A DNA stretch of 64,000 nucleotides from Candidatus Acidiferrales bacterium (GTDB taxonomy: Bacteria > Acidobacteriota > Terriglobia > Acidiferrales > UBA7541), in the NCBI GenBank assembly GCA_049790315.1, contig JBAQYV010000056.1, positions 537-64,536 of the forward strand, read 5' to 3'. Each line of letters begins with the position of its first letter. Position 1 is the stretch's first letter. Positions 48,170-57,500 of the stretch are shown here, piece by piece. The translations under genes were made by a program, and so were the position numbers. The notes beneath the pieces are model-generated. The model made no database searches. It was not told where the DNA came from and saw nothing but the letters and a program-made list of their open reading frames with translations.

Positions 48170-48502
48170 CTACAGCTTGAAAACCCGTTCCATCAGAAGC
48201 CATTTTTCGCCCGGCTTGGCCTGCGGCAGCGGTTTTTGAAATTTCCACATCAGCCGCTCCCACTCGACAACTTTGGAATTTGAACGATCGGCCGCACCCT
48301 TAGCCTCAAACGAAAAACTGTCGTTCACATCCATGATCATGAACATCCGCGTGCCGAGCAAGTAGATCTGCATGTCCTCGATACCCGAATTCCCGATGCT
48401 CTCAAGGATCTCAGGCCAGACTTTTTCGTGGTGTTTCTTATACTCCGCGATAAGTTGCGGATCGTCTTGCAGATCGAGCGTCAGGCAATATCGTCGGCTC
48501 AT
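48170..48502 (-). CDS. rhaM: L-rhamnose mutarotase family protein
   Basis: The protein is 110 aa. RYCLTLDLQDDPQLIAEYKKHHEKVWPEILESI...MQIYLLGTRMFMIMD matches the RhaM/DUF718 pattern. Confidence 0.8.
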   Translation of the reverse strand: MSRRYCLTLDLQDDPQLIAEYKKHHEKVWPEILESIGNSGIEDMQIYLLGTRMFMIMDVNDSFSFEAKGAADRSNSKVVEWERLMWKFQKPLPQAKPGEKWLLMERVFKL

Positions 48503-48654
48503 GGCACCTTGTGTGACTCAAAATGCCGCTTCGCGGTAGCGGCAGGACCCTCACGCTACATCTGATCGGTCTTTTCGCGCAACCCCGGGAACGAGCACGC
48601 AATACCTTAATTATCGCGCAATCCCGGGCATTTCAGGAGGCCCGAATTGATACG

Positions 48655-49512
48655 TCAGCGCCCCTGGATACCGTAAAAACACGCTGCATTTTCGCCGAAA
48701 ATTGCCTGACCCACTTTGCGTTTTTGGGCGTCCACAGCGTAACGCCCGGCGATGTAAGCTTCGACAAGTTGTTTCACCTGGTTGTAAGTTCCGGCGATCA
48801 GACACACCGGCCAATCCGAACCGAACATCAACCGGTCGGGACCGAAGGCATCAAACACGACATCGAGATACAGCGTGAAGTTCTCCGGGCGCCAGGTGCG
48901 CCATTCCGCTTCGGTAATCAGGCCGGAAACTTTGCAATACACGTTGGGGCTGGCCGCGAGGTCGCGCATGTGTCGAGCCCAAGAATCGATTTCCTTAGAC
49001 TTGATCAGCGGCTTTGCCATGTGATCCACCACGAAGGGCTGCTCGGGCATGCGCTTGGCGAGTTCAACTGCCGCGGGTAACTGCTTCGGATAAATCAGAA
49101 TGTCGTAGGTAAAATGGAATTCTTTCAAGCACGCGAGGCCGCGGAGAAAATCCTCGTGCAGCAAGAAACGATCGTCCGGCTCGCCCTGAACGATGTGACG
49201 GAAGCCGCGCAATTTTTCGTATCGCGAATATTCACGCAGACGATCGCGCACGTTGGCTGCGCGCAGATCTACCCAACCGACGACGCCGGCAATTTTCTTG
49301 TGCATCACCGCGAGGTTCAGCAAAAACGATGTTCCCTTTTCACTTTGGCTCGATTGCACGGCGATCGAAGCATCCATGCCATTTGCCGAAAGCTCGCGCG
49401 CGAGTTCCTCGGGCAGAAAGTCTCGACGCAGCACGGCCATGTCGTCCGTGACCCATGAAAACTCCGGCGGGTCGTATTTCCAGAAATGTTGATGCGCGTC
49501 GATGCGAATCAT
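48655..49512 (-). CDS. Amidohydrolase-2 family sugar lactonase (L-fucono-1,5-lactonase-like)
   Basis: It has MIRIDAHQHFW (HxH metal site), FVVDHMAKP, CKVSGL and LMFGSDWPV. Confidence 0.8.
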   Translation of the reverse strand: MIRIDAHQHFWKYDPPEFSWVTDDMAVLRRDFLPEELARELSANGMDASIAVQSSQSEKGTSFLLNLAVMHKKIAGVVGWVDLRAANVRDRLREYSRYEKLRGFRHIVQGEPDDRFLLHEDFLRGLACLKEFHFTYDILIYPKQLPAAVELAKRMPEQPFVVDHMAKPLIKSKEIDSWARHMRDLAASPNVYCKVSGLITEAEWRTWRPENFTLYLDVVFDAFGPDRLMFGSDWPVCLIAGTYNQVKQLVEAYIAGRYAVDAQKRKVGQAIFGENAACFYGIQGR

Positions 49513-49548
49513 AAATGATGGCGTTCGGCCAGGCTCGAGCGTGCGCGC

Positions 49549-50343
49549 TCAGCCGCGAAGTGTGAGGAATCCTCCATCGACCGAATAATCCGCGCCGGTT
49601 ATGAACGAAGCCGCATCCGAGCAAAGAAATAGCGCGAGCATCGCGACTTCTTGCGGCTCACCCATGCGGCCGATGGGCTGAGCCATCGATAAGCGCTTCA
49701 TCATTTCCTCTTCACGCCCCGGGTACTGCTTCTTTACAAAATTGTCGACGAATGGCGTGTGCACGCGCGCCGGCGAAACGCAGTTGCAACGAATCTTGTC
49801 GCCGATGTAATCCCTGGCCACCGAAAACGTCATGGCGCGCACCGCGCCCTTGCTCATCGAATAGGCAAAACGCTCGGCAATTCCGGCCGAAGCGGCAATG
49901 GAGGCAAGATTCAGGATCACGCCGCCGCCATTTTGTTTCATGGACGCGATGCAGGCGCGCATGCACAGATAGACGCTCTTCACATTGACGCGATACAGCG
50001 CATCGAAATCTTTTTCGCCCGTCTTCTCCATGTCGCCGATGAATGCGATTCCCGCGTTGTTCACCAGAATGTCCACCGGGCCCTGCGCCAAGATATTGGC
50101 GAACACACTGTCGACACTGGCGGCATCGCCAACGTCGCAAGTGTAGGCGACGGCGCTCTCGCCGCCGATTTCCCGCACCGCGTCCTCGGCGCCCTTTTGG
50201 TCGAGATCCAAGATCGCGACCTTCGCGCCCCGTGCTGCGAAAGTGCGCGCGATCGCGCGGCCGATTCCCCTGGCCCCACCGGTGACAACGGCCGTCTTTC
50301 CATCCAATCGAAAAACCTGCGACGCGGAATCGGCAAGACTCAA
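49549..50343 (-). CDS. SDR-family sugar/sugar-acid dehydrogenase
   Basis: It has TGGARGIGRAIA and YSMSKGAV. The likely TTG start at 50343 lies 6 nt after GAGGAG and overlaps the upstream stop (TTGA). The track's GTG at 50364 is the maximal alternative. Confidence 0.85.
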   Translation of the reverse strand: MSLADSASQVFRLDGKTAVVTGGARGIGRAIARTFAARGAKVAILDLDQKGAEDAVREIGGESAVAYTCDVGDAASVDSVFANILAQGPVDILVNNAGIAFIGDMEKTGEKDFDALYRVNVKSVYLCMRACIASMKQNGGGVILNLASIAASAGIAERFAYSMSKGAVRAMTFSVARDYIGDKIRCNCVSPARVHTPFVDNFVKKQYPGREEEMMKRLSMAQPIGRMGEPQEVAMLALFLCSDAASFITGADYSVDGGFLTLRG

Positions 50344-52004
50344 AGTGAAACTCCTCTCTTCCACGGAATGAAATCGTCTTGTGCCAACATTTCGGCTTTC
50401 GTGCGGACTTCTCCGGAAGCCACGCGAATCACAGTCTCAAGCAACGCGTCGCCTGTTTGCTCGATGGTGCTTTCTCCGGTGATGACTCCGCCCGTATCGA
50501 AATCAATGATGTCGCTCATGCGCTGGGCCAGTGGCGTATTCGATGAAATCTTGATCACCGGCACGATGGGATTGCCAGTCGGCGTGCCCAAGCCCGTGGT
50601 AAACAACACGACGTTCGCGCCCGCGCCCACTTGCGCGCTCACAGCTTCCACGTCGCTGCCTGGGGTGCATTGCAGATTCAGGCCCGGCTCGCTCGAGTAT
50701 TCCGGGTAATCGAGCACCGCGGTGACGGGCGAAGTCCCGCCCTTTTTCGCCGCGCCCGCGGATTTCATCGCATCCGTAACCAAGCCATCGCGAATGTTCC
50801 CGGGGGACGGGTTCATGTCAAAGCCCGAGCGCACGGCCTTGGCGCGCGCGGCGTAATCCCGCATCAATTGAATGAAGCGATCACCCACTTCCTTGCGCAC
50901 GGCGCGGTGAATCAGCTCCTGCTCGACGCCGCACAGCTCCGGAAATTCCGACAAGATTCCCCGGCCGCCCAGCGCGGCTACGATATCCGCCACGTGCCCC
51001 ACCGCGGGATTCGCCGAGATGCCGGAAAATCCATCCGAGCCGCCGCATTTCAAGCCGAGCCACAGATGCGACAACGCCACCGGTGTGCGCCGCGCGCGAT
51101 CGGCGTCAACCAACCCGAGGAACGTTTTCTGAATTGCCGCGGACAACATGGCCGATTCCGACGCGCTGCGCTGCTGTTCAAAAATGAAAATCGGTTTCCC
51201 GAGCTTGGACGCGCGCAGCGCAATCTGCTCCTGAAGAATCGAAACCTGCGCATGCTGGCAGCCCAGGCTCAGTACGGTCACGCCGGCCACGTTCGGATGG
51301 TGAATGTAATCGGCAAGCAGGCCGCACAGATTCCGCGCGTCTTCGCGCGTGCCACCGCAGCCCGCCTGATGCAGCAAGAATTTGATTCCGTCCACATTCT
51401 CGAAAACCGGCGGCGCAGCCGCGCGGGCCATGCTCGCGGAAAACGGAAAATTGGTAACTTCTCCGGTCTTACCGGCGCGATAAAGACCCACAAGATCCGC
51501 CACGTATCGTCTGTAAATCTGTGGCGCGGCGAAGCCCAATTCTTCTTCAAACGCCTGCTTTAGCACCAACAGATTCCGATTCTCGCAAAACACCATCGGC
51601 ACAACCAACCAGTAGTTGCGCGTGCCCACTTGTCCATCCGCGCGCAGATAGCCCGGGAATGTCCGCGATTTCCACTTCGAAACGTCGGGTGGCTGCCAGT
51701 GAAAGGATCCCGATTCTTCATGGAATCCGGCCGCATCGTGCCGGATGTTGATGGTTGTGATGGCCGCGCCTTGCGCAATTGGCGCGGACGCGCGGCCCAC
51801 CATCACGCCATACATAAAGATTGGATCGCCCGGCGCGAAGGCCTTCGCCGCGAATTTGTGCTTTGCCGGAACGTCGGTCGCAAGAACGTATGTCTGGCTC
51901 TCCACGCGGACTGAATCGCCCTGTTTCAAATCAGTGAGCGCGATGATTACGGTATCGCGTGGGTCCAGACGCAGCACTCTATCTTGCACGCTGTCTTGCA
52001 TCAC
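50340..52004 (-). CDS. uxaA: Altronate dehydratase family protein (UxaA/GarD type: SAF N-domain plus GD_AH_C)
   Basis: It has N-terminal LRLDPRDTVIIALTDLKQGD...LATDVPAKHKFA (SAF), then GTRNYWLVVPMVFCENR and GCGGTRED blocks. The ATG at 52001 directly follows the GTG at 52004. Confidence 0.8.
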   Translation of the reverse strand: MMQDSVQDRVLRLDPRDTVIIALTDLKQGDSVRVESQTYVLATDVPAKHKFAAKAFAPGDPIFMYGVMVGRASAPIAQGAAITTINIRHDAAGFHEESGSFHWQPPDVSKWKSRTFPGYLRADGQVGTRNYWLVVPMVFCENRNLLVLKQAFEEELGFAAPQIYRRYVADLVGLYRAGKTGEVTNFPFSASMARAAAPPVFENVDGIKFLLHQAGCGGTREDARNLCGLLADYIHHPNVAGVTVLSLGCQHAQVSILQEQIALRASKLGKPIFIFEQQRSASESAMLSAAIQKTFLGLVDADRARRTPVALSHLWLGLKCGGSDGFSGISANPAVGHVADIVAALGGRGILSEFPELCGVEQELIHRAVRKEVGDRFIQLMRDYAARAKAVRSGFDMNPSPGNIRDGLVTDAMKSAGAAKKGGTSPVTAVLDYPEYSSEPGLNLQCTPGSDVEAVSAQVGAGANVVLFTTGLGTPTGNPIVPVIKISSNTPLAQRMSDIIDFDTGGVITGESTIEQTGDALLETVIRVASGEVRTKAEMLAQDDFIPWKRGVSL

Positions 52005-52104
52005 AATGGTCTCTGCCTTACGTGCTCAATCAGAATTGGGACGTACTCTTTTTTGGAGCGGCTCCAAGTAGAGCCTGCGCCCGATGGAGCCGCGCCCGAA
52101 AGGT

Positions 52105-53757
52105 TTAGTCGCGCCGAGTGACAACGCTCTCCACGGCACCGTCGGTCAAGGAAAGCGGCGTGCCGCCCGCGGTGTAGCGATTCCGAAGCAACTGCACGTT
52201 GTCATTTTGCTTTCCTGTCACTTCTACGAGCGGATCATTGCCAGGGGCGGCGGAACAAGACTCAACGACGGCGTTCTGCACGCCGTCCAATCGAATCACA
52301 GGCTGGCCCGGATTCGCTTTGTTCGTGCGAAATCGAAGTAGATCGATGTCGCGCGTATTGCTCACGGCGATCGACGGTCCGGCGTCCGCGTTGACGATCA
52401 CGTTCTCTATTGTGATGCCCGTGGCTTCCGTGCACACCGCGCCTGAAGCAGCCGCTTCCACGGAGATATCGCGGAGATAGACGTTCTGTATCGGGCTCTC
52501 CGGCAAGCCTTGTATGGCGATTGCGCGCTTCACTTTATTGGCCGTAACGCCGGAAAAATACACGTTGCGAATCGTGGGCGTGGTCGCGTCAAAGGGCATC
52601 GCGTGACTGGCGTCGCCGGATTGATAGAGCAGCGTCAGCATCACTGGCTCCTGCTCGATATTCCGCATCACCCAATTTACCGCGCGAATGTCCTCAATCA
52701 CGTTGCCGCGGCCGCGCGCGCTCTTGATGTAAAGACCGCGCACCGTACCGTCGCACACGCAATTGCTGGATGTAACGTTGCGCACGCCGCCCGCGGTCTC
52801 GCTGCCGATGCCGACACCGGCGTGCCCGAATCCGAAATAACAATTCGTCACAACCACTCCCTCGCAGGGCGCGAACGGGTGATCGGGAATATATTTGTAG
52901 CCGGACTTCAGTACAATGCAATCGTCGCCGGTGGAAATGTAACAATTCGAGATGCGCACGTTGCGGCACGATTCCGGGTCGATGCCATCGGTATTCGGAG
53001 AGAATTGGGGATTGACGATGCTAACGCCGTCAATCAGCACATTTTCGCAATCCACCGGATGAATGTTCCACGACGGCGAATTCACGATTGAGAGATCGCG
53101 GATCACAATATTTTTCGAGCGGTATAAATTGATTATGCGCGCGCGGGGCCACGCCAGCGGCGAGCCCGGCGGATTCTCTGGCTCGCGGCCCATCAGGTTC
53201 GCTTGGCGGCGTAAAGCCATCGTTTTGCGAAAAGCGTCCCACCAGATCTGACCTTGACCGTCGAGCGTGCCACGGCCCTGGATCGTTACGTTCTCAAGAT
53301 CGGAGCCGGTCAAAAGAGATGCAAATACTGTGCGGTCCAAACCCTCCCATCGTCCCGCCATCGTTGGATAATCGCTGAAGTTGCCGCTGCCAAGCAGCGT
53401 GGCGCCGGCGACGACTTCAAAAACGATATGGCTCTTGAGGAACAGCGGCCCTGTCAGGTACACGCCGGGCGGAACTACTACGGTTCCACCTCCCGCCTTG
53501 GAGCACGCATCGATCGCGGCCTGAATCGCCGCAGTGCATAGTGTTTTCCCGTCGCCAACAGCGCCGAATGCGCCCACGCTAAAGATATATGGCGACCCGG
53601 CCGTGCCCATCGGAACCGCCGTGGCGCCCTGCGCGCCGTATCGGCCGGCAGCACCGCGCGCGAACAAATCTCCCGCGGGCAACGCTGCGGCGGCGCCCAC
53701 CGCGAGGCCTTGCATAAATTTTCGACGGGATGAAGACGGTTCGCTTTCAGCGCACAT
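52105..53757 (-). CDS. GH28 polygalacturonase (exo-type?) with TAT signal
   Basis: AGGAGG lies 4 nt upstream. It has SSSRRKFMQGLAVGAAAALPAG (RR signal) and the GH28 blocks SPNTDGIDPESC, STGDDCIVLKSG, FGHAGVGIGSE and RGLYIKSARGRG. Confidence 0.9.
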   Translation of the reverse strand: MCAESEPSSSRRKFMQGLAVGAAAALPAGDLFARGAAGRYGAQGATAVPMGTAGSPYIFSVGAFGAVGDGKTLCTAAIQAAIDACSKAGGGTVVVPPGVYLTGPLFLKSHIVFEVVAGATLLGSGNFSDYPTMAGRWEGLDRTVFASLLTGSDLENVTIQGRGTLDGQGQIWWDAFRKTMALRRQANLMGREPENPPGSPLAWPRARIINLYRSKNIVIRDLSIVNSPSWNIHPVDCENVLIDGVSIVNPQFSPNTDGIDPESCRNVRISNCYISTGDDCIVLKSGYKYIPDHPFAPCEGVVVTNCYFGFGHAGVGIGSETAGGVRNVTSSNCVCDGTVRGLYIKSARGRGNVIEDIRAVNWVMRNIEQEPVMLTLLYQSGDASHAMPFDATTPTIRNVYFSGVTANKVKRAIAIQGLPESPIQNVYLRDISVEAAASGAVCTEATGITIENVIVNADAGPSIAVSNTRDIDLLRFRTNKANPGQPVIRLDGVQNAVVESCSAAPGNDPLVEVTGKQNDNVQLLRNRYTAGGTPLSLTDGAVESVVTRRD

Positions 53758-54122
53758 TCAGCCTCCTAATTTCATTAAATCTTGTCACGCGATCATTCGT
53801 TTGCGCAAAATTCTCCAACCTTGCCCTCCCGCATCGCGCCGCACTCCATTTACTCGGCGGCCGAACGGAGGCATGGCTGCGCTCGATTCCTCTGCAGATT
53901 CAGTCTCGGCGGTTAACAAACGAATGCCGCAACTCCGGGCGATTGTACCAAAAGATGCCCGGACCGTCCTCTGTTGACTGCGCGCTCGACATCAAATTAG
54001 GTGCATGCTCCAAAATACATGTTTCACTATGTGAGACGTTAATTCCTGAAGCGCGCGGGCAACGCCGCCGCCGCGCGGGGCATCTTTGGCTTTTCGGGCC
54101 TCTTTCGGGTGTGCTCTACCGA

Positions 54123-54530
54123 GGTTCGGGCCAATTTGGAGCCTGCGGCAATTTGAGCCCGTTCAATATCCGTTCACGCCTCGTGCTTCAGGTGGCCGGG
54201 CAGGTCGAGGACCGGAATCACAAGGGGCGCGCCTCCGGGGGAGGGGCGCGGAGATCGCCACAGTTTTCGTATAGTAGTCTTACCGGGATTACCAAATCCG
54301 GGGCATAATCTCAGGGCTGCGTGCTCAGGCTCAGGACGTTTCCCGCTGACTTTCTAGGTGCGGGCCAATTTGAGCGAAGCTCCTGCGAACGAGAGCGCCC
54401 AGCCAAGCCTCTTCACCGCAGTGAGCGATAGAATGAATCGCTGCCTTATGGGCACGATGCTCCAGGACAGAAAAGTTTAGGCGCACACATAACCGGGTGC
54501 GGGCCCCACTGGGGGCCCGCCAATTTAAGG
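54123..54530 (+). promoter_or_regulatory. Three to four copies of a GGTKCGGGCC..AATTTGRAG motif upstream of the YVTN gene; the last copy is split by a 9-bp all-GC hairpin (54499-54520) 6 nt before the SD
   Basis: Seen directly: GGTTCGGGCCAATTTGGAG (54123-54141) plus CTGCGGCAATTTGAGC (54143-54158); GGTGCGGGCCAATTTGAGC (54357-54375); GGTGCGGGCCCCACTGGGGGCCCGCCAATTTAAGGAG (54496-54532), with stem GCGGGCCCC/GGGGCCCGC. Function is unknown. Confidence 0.35.
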
Positions 54531-54531
54531 A

Positions 54532-57500
54532 GTGCCGACAGAAATGATCCGCGGAAGCTGTGCCAGAAAACACCTCGGCGAAGGCTTGAGGTTGATTCCC
54601 GAATTTGTCAGCAACAATGCCGTCCAGGTTGCGATCTGCGGCGTACTGTTCTGCGCGCTCGTTATGGCTCCGTCCGCTCGCGCGCAGACAGCCACGACCA
54701 CTGTGTTTTCGGGATCCACCCCGGATGCCGTGGCCGTGAACCCGGTGACGAACAAGATTTACGTTGCGAATGAAGGCGCCGGTTCGGTCACCGTGATCGA
54801 CGGCGCGACGAACAACACCACCAGCGTTTCTGTGGGCGCGAGTCCCGATGCCATCGCGGTCGATCCGGTTACGAATCAGATTTATGTCGCAAACCTCGGC
54901 AGCGGCACCGTCACGGTGATCGACGGACCGACCAACGCGGCCACCACGCTCACTTTGCCACCCGGAAGCGCGCCGGACGCCATTGCTGTGGACGCCACGA
55001 CGAACCAAGTTTTCGTCACCAACCAAATCGCCGGCACCGGCAGCGTTACGATCATCAACGGCGCATCGAATTCTCCCGCCGTCACAGCGACCGTCGTCAC
55101 GTCCCTTACTTTGGCAGCCGGAACTGAGCCTACTGCTGTGGCCATCGATCCCGTCACGAACCTGGCCTACGTCGCCACTGAAACCGGCGCCAACGGTAGC
55201 GTGACCATCATCAGTGGCGCGACCAGTTCCCTCTCGGGCACCGTGGCCACCGGAAGCGCGCCTGTCGCGCTTGCCGTCAATTCCATCACGGACACCATCT
55301 ACGTGGCGAATCAAGCCAGCGGCAGCGTAACGGTGATTAACGGATCGACGAACGGCACGGCCGCCATCGCGGTGGGCTCGAGTCCCTCGGCCGTATCCGT
55401 GAATGCCGTAACCAATGTGATTTACGTGGCGAATTCGGGCGGCAGTGGCAGCGTTTCCGTAATCAACGGATCCTCGAACACGGTTACGACGACCATCACC
55501 GGCGCCGGAATCGGGCCTTCGCCCTCGGCATTGGCCATCAATGCATCCAGCAACGAGATCTACATCGCGAACTACAGCAACAGCAATGGTAGTGTGAGCG
55601 CGATTAACGGCACCACGGATACAGTGTCGGCAACGTTGTCGACGGGTGCCGGTCCCCATTCCTTGGCCGCGAATCCTGTTACCGGCAAAGTTTACGTCGC
55701 GAATCTGGGCGGCAACACCGTGGGCGTTATCGACGGCGCCACGAATACTGCGACGCTTGTCACCCTGGGAAGCGACCCCATCGCCGGCACTGCGGATCCC
55801 GCGACGAACCAAGTTTTCATTGCGAACTTCGGCAGCTCCGACGTGACCGTGTTCAACGGACAAACCAACGCCATAACCGCCACCGTTCCGACCGGAGCGA
55901 ATCCCATCGCCATCGCGGACAATCCCGTCACCAGCGAGGTTTACGTCGCGAACCTGAGCAGCGCAAGCGTAACTGCGATCAACGCTGCTATGAGCCCTCC
56001 CACGACCGTGAACGTTCCTGTGGGCGCTGACCCAACCGCGGTAGCCGTGAACCCATTGACGAACAAGATCTATGTGGCCAATGAGCAAGGCAACAGCGTC
56101 ACGGTAATTAACGGTGCGTCGAACTCGGCAGCGACGGTTAGCGTTGGAACCTCGCCCGTCGCCATCGCCGTAAATCCAGTGTCTGACAACGTCTACGTCG
56201 TGAATAAGTTGGGCGGCAGCGTGACGGTCATCAGCGGGGCTACGAACGCTACGTCCACTGTGACCGTCGGAGCCGATCCCTCCGCCGTGGCAGTGGACAC
56301 AGTGACCAACCGGATTTACGTCGCGAACGACGATGGAACCGTCACCGTGATCAACGGTGCGACAAATTCCACTGCGACTGTTCCAATCGGCACAGGAGCC
56401 GTTGCCCTGGCGGTGAATCCGATCACGGACATGATTTATGTCGTCAACCAAGGCAGCAGCAACGTGACCGCCATCAACGGCGCGACGAACAGCGCCACGA
56501 CTATCGTAACCGGCTTGAGCCCGGTCTCGGTGGGCGTGGATCCCGTCTCCAACAAGATTTACGTTGCGAATTCAGGCGGAGGGTCGGTCTCTGTGATCGA
56601 TGGAGCCACCAATTTCGTGAGTACGGTTGCCGCCGGCATTTCTCCAGCCGGCGTAGTTATCGATCCGATCACGAATACGGTTTACGTTCCGAATACGAGC
56701 AGCGGCAATGTGACCATATTCCCCGAAGCCGGCGTGCAATCCGTGCCCTTGACCACCACGATCGCACCGCTCACTGGTAATCAGTCCGTTGGCGCTCCGA
56801 CATTTAATTTTACGACGTCGAGCACGTTCGCTCCGAACGCTCCCGCCGTGAGCGATGTTTATTTTCAGGTGGACACCTGGCAAGGGCCATGGATCGCGGC
56901 CGCAGGCAGCGGAAATACATTCTCAGGCCAGGCGCCGGCGCTCGCCGTAGGTACCCACATTCTTTACGCTTACGCCGCGGATGCGCAGTCTGCCACAGCA
57001 AATGGCTCAAGCAGCCCCGCGATCGGGAGCATCGCGGACTACGTGTTCACGATCATTCCCGCGAGCACATCCGTAACGCTCAGTTCGAATGCGGCCAATC
57101 CCAACCCCGCGGGCACAAGCGTCACTTTCACTGCGACTGTGACCGCCACCGGTCCGAACGCGCCAACCGGAAGCGTTACGCTCGCTGATGGCTCGACCAC
57201 TCTGGGCTCGGCTGCTGTGCAGCAAGTTGGCAACACCGTTGTAGCTACGGCAACCTTTTCCACCTCAACGCTGATTCCCGGGCCGCACTCGATCACTGCC
57301 ATATATAGTGGCGATGCCAACACAGGGGCGAGCGTGTCAGCAGCGTTGCCCGTGACCGTGGGGCCGCAAACGACGACGATCGCGCTCACGTCCGAGCCCA
57401 ATCCGGCGTTCTTCGGAGGGCCCATCACATTCACCGCGACCGTTACGTCGCAGGTGGGCGGCACGCCAACCGGAACTGTATCGTTCATCAATGCAACAGG

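Noticed and set aside
53730-54308. 192-aa plus-strand ORF in the GH28/YVTN intergenic region.
   Set aside because: It starts inside the GH28 signal-peptide region on the opposite strand. It has no SD and an Arg/Ser/Leu-rich composition with no motif. The region is better explained as regulatory DNA.
54331-56451. 706-aa minus-strand ORF antisense to the YVTN gene.
   Set aside because: It is a Gly/Arg/Asp/His-rich repeat shadow of the YVTN repeats, and the plus frame has a signal peptide and canonical repeats.
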